This document shows positions 55,720-64,000 of a DNA stretch of 64,000 bases, in pieces (positions within the stretch are counted from its first letter, which is position 1; each line of letters starts with the position of its first letter). The notes beneath the pieces were generated by a model. It did no database searches. It worked only from the letters and a program-made list of their open reading frames with translations, and was not told the DNA's origin. The stretch comes from Macrostomum lignano (taxonomy: Eukaryota): positions 124,001 to 188,000 of the forward strand of contig NIVC01002069.1 of the NCBI GenBank assembly GCA_002269645.1. The letters are read 5' to 3'. The position numbers were made by a program, and so were the translations under genes.

Positions 55720-58086
55720 TCATACGCCGCAGCCCTCGACGCTGACGAGGGTCACGGAGGCCCAGCCGTCGGTGCTGTTCACAGACGCCGAGGCAACGCA
55801 GCCGACTCCGCCGCAGAAACTCCCGCCGCCGCCGCCGGCCCACAGCTTTGACAGACCGGCGCCGCCTCCGCTGTAGCCGCCGCCGCCGCCTGAGGCTCCG
55901 CCAGTGGACAACAGCAATGAGAGCAATATACTTCCAGAACCGCCGCCACCTCCTCCGCCGCCAAAGCCGCCGGCGCCTCCGTCCCGACCACCGGCGCTGC
56001 TTCCGCCGGCTCCGCCGATCCAGCCCTCCGACAGGCCGCCGCCGTGACGTCCGTCACTGCCGCTGCCAGATGCGCTGACCGACTTGCCAAGCCATCCAGC
56101 GCCGCAGCCGCCGTTGTAGCTTTTCGAACCAGCGTCATGAGTGCCGCCATTTCCGCCCGTGCCTCCGCTGCCGCCTCCGCTACTGGCGTCTGAGTGCTTC
56201 ACTGCGTTGGTGCCGCTTTGGCTACTCGGCTGGCCAGACGATCCTACAGAGAATGGTTTCCAACCAAGGTCAGTTCTGCCGGTGAAAAATTACGTTGAGA
56301 GTCGGAAGGCTAGACTAAAAGGAATCCAAAGAGAATTACGAGTATTAATTTGAAAGACGCGAAATAAACAGAAGCAAACCATGCGTGCAATATATTTTAT
56401 AATATTGGTCCCTCATGTGAAAAGTAATTAAGAATTGACTACTGTTTGTGTAGTATCTGGCAGTGACTAACATAACTGGTAACAGCTTTACGTATCCCAA
56501 GTCCCCTTACTCCCTGGTCTTACGTAATCCTACTTTATTGCTCCTAAGTTTTCTTCCCTGCCGCTAATTTTTCCAAGTCGGAAGACGATCTTTTCCTTTT
56601 AGAGAAGCTCTTAAACTCCCATTGTCTATCCGGCCACCAACTCTCAGTTGGCCTACTACAGAAACTACTTACAGTAGGACATGGATGTGAATTAAACACA
56701 AATTACACAACTACTCGAAGAGTCAAAATCAAAGGCCTTTTGTGTATAGTATCAAGAAACCGGAAACAGAAGGCACTATAGTAAATATAAGGAGCAGCTT
56801 TAGCCAAGCCAACGTACTGTAGACCTGTTTTCAAACAGGTAAAGATTCAACAACGGCTCACCATCGACTCCCGCAGTGGCGCCGCCGCCACCGCCGGCTG
56901 CCAGGTACAGCGTGCCGCCGCCGCTCGAGTACACGAAGGAGCCCCCGCCGCCGCCGGCGCCGCTGAAGTCCCGACCGTTGCCGCCCGATCCGCCGGCCGC
57001 GACGCTCAATGCAGCGTTGGCCGCCAGCTGGAACTTGCCGGACAGCTGGACGCCGCTGCCACCGACTGACGGGGAAAAGCCCGACGGCGGGGACGAGACT
57101 GAGCCGCCTGAGCCGCTCTGAGCAGCGATGGCGTAGCAGCCGGTCAGCGGGACGGAGAAGCTGCTGACGGAACCGGCTGCAGAGGTTGAATGCGGCCTTT
57201 GAATATTCTGAACACTGCATGTGAGCTAAAAATGAAACTGCGCACACTTGAGTTTATGCTTAAGGGGGTTGTAGTCTAGAGGTTAGAGCGTCGGACTCAC
57301 GACTAAAAGGTCGGGGGTTCGATTCTCCACCCACTCGGAACAGTTTGTGTCCTTGAGAAAGACACTTAACTCTGAATTGCTTCAGTTCACCCAGCTGTAA
57401 AATGGGTGCCAGCATTAGCTGAGGTAATTGAGGGTGTGTGGCGACCCCCACAGTCCTTGGACTGAACAGCCGTACGCAGCCTTCAGATGCGCCACGCAAT
57501 AGCTGCGGCTGAGCTGTCGGTTGCACATCTGCCCATTTCGGCAGGTGCAATTAAGAAAAATACTACACAGAAACAGTTTATGATTTCTCAACTAAATTGA
57601 ATTTATTTAAAAATGAGCAACATTTTCACTTATTAGTACACTTGGACAATCGCAGCAACTTTCACCCTCCCCAACCGTGAGTGCTCAGCGAAATGACTCA
57701 CCTGTGATCGAGCGAGTGAAGCTGCGAACGCTGGCTGGCAGCCGCTTGAGGAAGTCGGAGGCCAGGAACACCCGGTGCCCCGCTCCAGCCGTGAAGTTCC
57801 ACACAGTGCCGCACCCGTTCGGCTCCGATGACGGCCGCAGCTGCACTGCAAAACAGACGCCGCCCTGCAGCACCGCGCCAGATGCGTTCCGGCGGCCGGA
57901 CTTCATGAGGCAGCTCTGCAGGCTCTCCGACTCGCCCAACACCGACACGCAGTGGCTCAGAGTGTCATTGAGCAGCAGCTCATCTGCTGGCTTGTACTGC
58001 ACACTGACCGGTGCTGAGGGACAGGCCGCTTGCGACCAGACAGGACTCAGACTGAGCAGCTGCACGAGCACTGGAATGCATTTCAT
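55720..58086 (-). CDS. Secreted ALK/LTK-like glycine-rich domain protein with an N-terminal Cys-rich module (about 407 aa, 3 exons), no TM or kinase
   Basis: Exons 57702-58086, 56862-57176, 55720-56243 (phases 1,1; 1224 nt). Signal-peptide-like MKCIPVLVQLLSLSPVWSQA. Motifs FSVPLTGCYAIAAQSGSGG, LSGKFQL, GGGGGSFVY, LYLAAGGGGG, GGFGGGG and GGGGGYSGG resemble the recalled ALK/LTK TNF-like/glycine-rich region (WKVPATDTY..GAAGG, GGGGGATYVF, IIAAGGGG). Stop at 55720. Confidence 0.75.
57264..57555 (+). mobile_element. SINE family 1 (CORE-like), full-length copy in intron 1 of the Gly-rich gene
   Basis: A box AGAGGTTAGAG, B box GGTTCGATTCT, core and tail shared with the 4030 and 60169 copies. Confidence 0.88.
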
Positions 58087-58715
58087 AGCGTGACTGAACT
58101 CACACTGAGCACTAGTGAGTGAGCACTGGAATGCATTTCATAGCGTGACTGAACTCACACTGAGCACTAGTGAGTGAGCACTGGAATGCATTTCATAGCG
58201 TGACTGAATTCACACTGAGCACTAGTGAGTGAGCACTGGAATGCATTTCATAGTGTGATTGAACTCACACTGAGCACTAGTGAGTGAGCACTGGAATGCA
58301 TTTCATAGCGTGACTGAACTCACACTGAGCACTAGTGAGTGAGCACTGGAATGCATTTCGTAGTGTGACTGAACTCACACTGAGCACTAGTGAGTGAGTA
58401 CTGCAATGCATTTCATAGTGTGACTGAACTCAGACTGAGCACTAGTGAGTGAGCACTGGAATGCATTTCATAGTGTGACTGAACTCACACTGAGCACTAG
58501 TGAGTGAGCACTGGAATGCATTTCATAGCGTGACTGAACTCACACTGAGCACTAGTGAGTGAGCACTGGAATGCATTTCATAGCGTGACTGAACTCACAC
58601 TGAGCACTAGTGAGTGAGCACTGCAATGCATTTCATAGTGTGACTGAACTCACACTGAGCACTAGTGAGTGAGCACTGGAATGCAGTTTACAGCGTGACT
58701 GAATGCAGACTGAGC
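58066..58715. repeat. 55-bp tandem repeat containing the start codon of the Gly-rich gene
   Basis: Unit GAGCACTGGAATGCATTTCATAGCGTGACTGAACTCACACTGAGCACTAGTGAGT (period 55 measured, about 11.5 copies). The minus strand of most units reads ATG AAA TGC ATT CCA GTG CTC ACT CAC TAG. Confidence 0.95.
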
Positions 58716-60168
58716 TACCCCAGAAAGCACAGATTGTAGAAACAATGATTTGAACAATGCTAGCAAATATGAATGCCGTGAAACTTACGCATAAGCTTGC
58801 CTCGCTCAAAGCTAACGGAGTGTTCCATTTTCAATCTAGCTAGTGTTTAATGTCGTATTGAGATATTTCCTAAAACCGTCTGTTTCCTACTTGTGCTCAG
58901 TATTTAAACAACTTTTCTATTGCAATTCAGGTGATTGAAGGATGTGGGATGTGCCAGCATTTGATTGGCTGTTGCTGAGTCCCATAAATTTGCAAATTGC
59001 TTCTCAGGTAGCGTCGCCGCCCTGTCTGCGTGGGCAACAGCAGTAAAAATTTATACTGAGGAATAAAATCCTTTTGTGGATTTTGCAGTATAGTCTTTGC
59101 AATTAAATTATCATTCTTCCCCACTGGGTTTAGATGAAACAAAACGTGATGCAGATATTGTTTGGAATCGGCACGTGACTTCTGCTGATCCAGAGGTTTT
59201 TAATTTGAATTTTTACTAGTTTCCATACTATACTTTTTGAAGCAACTTTGAATCCAAATGCTTCGGCTGAATGTTGCAGGACTCCACCATATATTTCAAC
59301 GATATTCAACGATTCTGACAGAAGGTCGGATCTTTCCCATAAGCGCCAGTGTACTCAATACACCCCTGTGCCTCAGTGCAGCCTTGCCAAGTCTCCAAAT
59401 TTCATCAGCACGTTGACAACATGTGTCTGCATCATCTCCGACTTCTTCGGTCACTTGCCTTCACCCAGGCGGAGCTTCTGGACCTTCAACCAGGTGGCAC
59501 TGATTGACTATTGACAACCATGTGGCAAATTTTTATGACATCGCTGAGGGGCGAACCTCAACCACCGGGAATACTCAACTATAGTCTCCTAAAGTATTCT
59601 GTCATAACCCCGACGCCGTCGGCACCTTCAACAGATGGCATCAAGTGACTATGGACATCCCGAATGAGATTATTCATCATTGCCGTCCCCTTTGGTAGTT
59701 CTACACATAAAAACGGTCCATATTAAAAGCTTTGCTTTTGCCCAGACATCTAGCTTGAGAAGTCCATGAACAGGGTCAGGGATTTTAAACAATAAAATTT
59801 ATTATATATTATTAAAAATTGCAAGGCTAGAAAACACTGCGTAATTAAAATCAAACAAAAACCCCCTCCCGTCCCCTACTTTAGCTCACATAAAGCTGTT
59901 GTGAATACACGAGAGCGTGGGGGCCAGAGGAAGAGCTATTCACCTCAAATCCGCTTAAACCTGTGTTTCAGTGTTAAGGTTGTAAAAAAATCACTTAGTT
60001 CATTCTTCATTCACACTCAGTTGTCAGGTTGAAAACAACCAGGATAATTTATCTCCCCGGAAAATGTGATTTCTTTTTGCAATTCTTGCAAGGCCGAATA
60101 TTCAATATTTGCTGTTTGCTTGCGTGTTTGTTTGCAGCCTAAGTCGTAGATTAGTGGTTAGAACCGCT

Positions 60169-60460
60169 GGATTGTAGCCTATAGTAGTGGTCAGAGCGTC
60201 AGACTCACGACTGAAAGGTCGGGGGTTCGATTCTCGACCCACTCGGAGCAATTTGTGTCCTTGAGCAAGACACTTAACTCTGAATTGCTTCAGTTCACCC
60301 AGCTGTAAAATGGGTGCCAGCATTAGCTGGGGTAATTGAGGGTGTGGCGACCCCCCATGTACGGACTGAACAGCCGTACGCAGCCTTCAGATGCGCTGCG
60401 CAATAGCTGCGGCTGAGCTGTCGGTTGCACATCTGGCTTAAATTGGGCAGGTGTAATAAA
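60169..60460 (+). mobile_element. SINE family 1 (CORE-like), full-length copy
   Basis: Same head, core and tail as the 57264 copy; followed by T-rich sequence and the (GCTT)n run. Confidence 0.88.
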
Positions 60461-60477
60461 TTCTTCTTATTTATTTT

Positions 60478-61608
<1,131 letters not shown>

Positions 61609-62239
61609 ACCATACGCTCGTATGCTTACAGTTAAAACTTTCTTGCAGAACCAAATATGTCGTAGCCAGAAAGGGACTCTGTTTTATTTAAGAAAACTGC
61701 AGTAACTTACACGCGGGGGAGAAATATTGCTGGGACCACGCAGCCGTCCTTCTGTTGTTTCAATCTCCTATCTTATGCATTACTAATGCGCTGCGAGGCT
61801 GGATGGCTCTGAATGCAGATGCAGCCTTGGCATATTGCTCCAGCCTTCCTTCTATTTTCTCCTCCCACTAAGTCTTGATGCAGTCCCGGTTGCCATGGTA
61901 ACTAAGGGAATGAAGCTTGCCGGATTGCAGAGACTATATCAAGCAAGCAAGCATTAACTAAAGAATTCTGGAAGTGCTTAGCTTTTCTGCAACAGAAACT
62001 ACCTATTTCTAAGCGTAGACTTGCACAAATGTAGCGTACACACAATATAGCTCTTACCAGTCTCCTCACGCTTGGAGCCCCAGCGGAGAAACAATGAAGC
62101 TTCGCCTCCCACCTGCTTTGTTTCTAAGTTTCTGAAGGCGTCAGAGAGGAGGCAGTAGGCAGTAGCTAAGAATCTGTTTGTCCCCATGAACCATGAATGT
62201 CCCCAGTATAAACGCGCAATTAAGTACATGAAGTCCTAA

Positions 62240-62760
62240 TAAGCTAAAAAGCCTTTTCGATGTTGCAATTTTTTTACAGTAAAGTCCACGATGGTTAGTA
62301 AATATCGCGGCTGGGGTGCAGCTGTTTCAGTTGGGTCCGGCACTGGTAGCGGTCCGACTAAATCCATATGGACCGTTGTGAACCGCTGTGTAGTTACAGG
62401 CAGGTGGTGCAGTGGTCGGCGAACATGACGACCGATTTTTGCTGACTGACATTGTGTGCATTCTGCCGTCCAGCGCTGTATGTCTGACTTCATGCCTGGC
62501 CAGAAAAACGATGGGCGACAAAACGCAGCGTGGCCTTCACACCTGGGTGGGCAATGTCGTGCAGTGCTAGCACAACCTGATGGCGCATGTGCTCTGGTAT
62601 GAACGGTCGCGAGTTTGGTTGCGAAGTTTCGCAGTACAGAGGACAATCTGATAACCCAACGTCGAATGGGCGGTAACGGTCACCACTCGTGAGCCCCGCT
62701 TCTGGCTGTGCCTTGGCGATCGCAGGGAGATCTGCGGGCAACTGCAATGTGTGCACCAAG
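62240..62760 (-). pseudogene. Ty3/Gypsy LTR-retrotransposon integrase remnant (frameshifted)
   Basis: RPFIP..LHDIAHPGVKAT (one frame) continues by frameshift to FWPGMKSDIQRWTAECTQCQSAK..RFTTVHMDLVGPLP, i.e. the HHCC zinc-binding domain plus the start of the rve core. Confidence 0.9.
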
Positions 62761-64000
62761 GACTACTTAAGAACACAGGACGTTTGCAAATTCCTTTTAC
62801 AAGGGTTTAGTAAGAAAGGAATCTGAAACTGAGAAACATCAAAGCGGTGTTGGTGCAAGACGGTTACGAAAATTAAACACCGATTAACTTTGTGACGAAT
62901 TTATTACTATTTTCACTGTCATCTTTGCTACCACCGTGTTGCTTCTACATTTTAAACAAGTCCATGAATCGGGAAATGAGCGAATAAGTATTATTGTTGT
63001 TGACCAAGTGTAGTTCCTATCATTCAATATTGTCATTCTTGTTATTTTTGGGTATTTCTTCGTTTTTTGTTAAACTTCTACACCCTGTTCACGATCACCT
63101 TTTGGAGAAAATATAAATTTTTGTCGGTATGCATATAAGTAGTAGAGGATAACACAACTCTGCCGCAGGGAAAGCCACGGAAATTCCGTGGGCCCGGATC
63201 AGAAGGGCGCCTATGTGTTTGCATAGCTCAACTCTGCCGCAGGCAAAGCCATGGGAATTCCGTAGACTCCTAATGAGAGTACATAGGCACCTCATGGGGA
63301 ATCCGCAAGTATGCACAGAGGCGAGCTAGGGGAATCTCTAGAAATTGTGTTGAACGATTGGCAAATATCAGCGGTATTTTATTGTATTCAGTATTATACT
63401 AATACTTTATTGTATAATTTTATCGGTAATAACAAACTTCTGTAAACAAAAATAGTGGTAGCCAAGCCTCTCTCTCCCGCTGTCTGGGAGCTGGCGGCGG
63501 CGGCGGCTTTGTTGCTGAAAGGAGAGAGTGCTCAGTTATCAGTTTTATTGCCACCCTCGACTGGGTGGGGTAAAGTTGGCGGCGTATTCAAAAGAATTTA
63601 GCGGGGCGTGCGGGAATTTAACTAGGGCTCAATACCTGGATGCGCTGATGAAATCATTGGACATTGGGTGGCTGACTGTAAACATAGCAAAGCTGAAAAC
63701 ATAGCGGCTATGTTTTTATTAACACAGATTTGGTTGAAGTGGGTATATAAGAGGCTAAATATGTTCATATGAGAAGTTTAAATTTAAATTTTATTTTAAA
63801 CTAAATTTCTCATAGATAAATTTTAAATAATGAATAAATCTCGGTGTCCATCCTACGTGCACGAGGTGTGCATCAGCTGCAATTCCTGTGAGCTCGGTGG
63901 GTTAAAGCTCCATAACAAAAAAGACAGCTGCATTATAAGTCGCTGGTTGCTTTGCCACGAGTGCCAGACAACTGAGCTGTTCAATGTGCGCCGCCAAGTT

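Noticed and set aside
58920-59750. Possible decayed Gypsy RT/RNaseH on the minus strand
   Set aside because: Only scattered motif-like fragments across broken frames, which cannot be supported by eye.
61720-62230. Possible RTE/LINE RT C-terminal relic (EEKIEGRLEQYAKAASAFRAIQ, minus)
   Set aside because: A single short motif with no YADD or other RT motifs nearby.

Overview
This is eukaryotic (metazoan) genomic DNA, not prokaryotic. GC-rich exons are separated by AT-rich introns full of private minisatellites. That architecture recalls the flatworm Macrostomum, but the species is only an inference. Five protein genes can be built from GT-AG, phase-consistent exons: (1) an ANKUB1 orthologue (+, 1891-7257) with an apparent 1-nt frameshift in exon 3; (2) an orphan class-A/Srsx-like GPCR (+, from 10567); (3) a RUNDC3/RPIP8 orthologue (-, 9 exons, 22601-30342); (4) a 21-exon thioester protein of the TEP/CD109/A2M family (-, 35926-53914, about 1558 aa) with GCGEQ, the catalytic His and no GPI tail; (5) a secreted stand-alone ALK/LTK-like glycine-rich protein (-, 55720-58086) whose start codon is tandemly amplified about 11 times. 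Mobile DNA includes a head-to-tail non-autonomous Helitron dimer carrying satellites and nested in a tRNA-SINE, a second Helitron junction in a TEP intron, a MIR/CORE-like tRNA-SINE family (4 copies), a second tRNA-SINE family that apparently supplies a TEP splice acceptor, a Tc1 deletion derivative, two MITEs with 8-bp TSDs, a Ginger-like integrase remnant and a Gypsy integrase remnant. Most long ORFs in the track are artefacts of tandem repeats. I see no CRISPR array and no clearly new multi-gene system. The best leads are the start-codon/uORF array, the kinase-less ALK-like protein, the SINE-derived splice acceptor and the Helitron-satellite composite. All homology calls come from motif recognition by eye, with no searches run.
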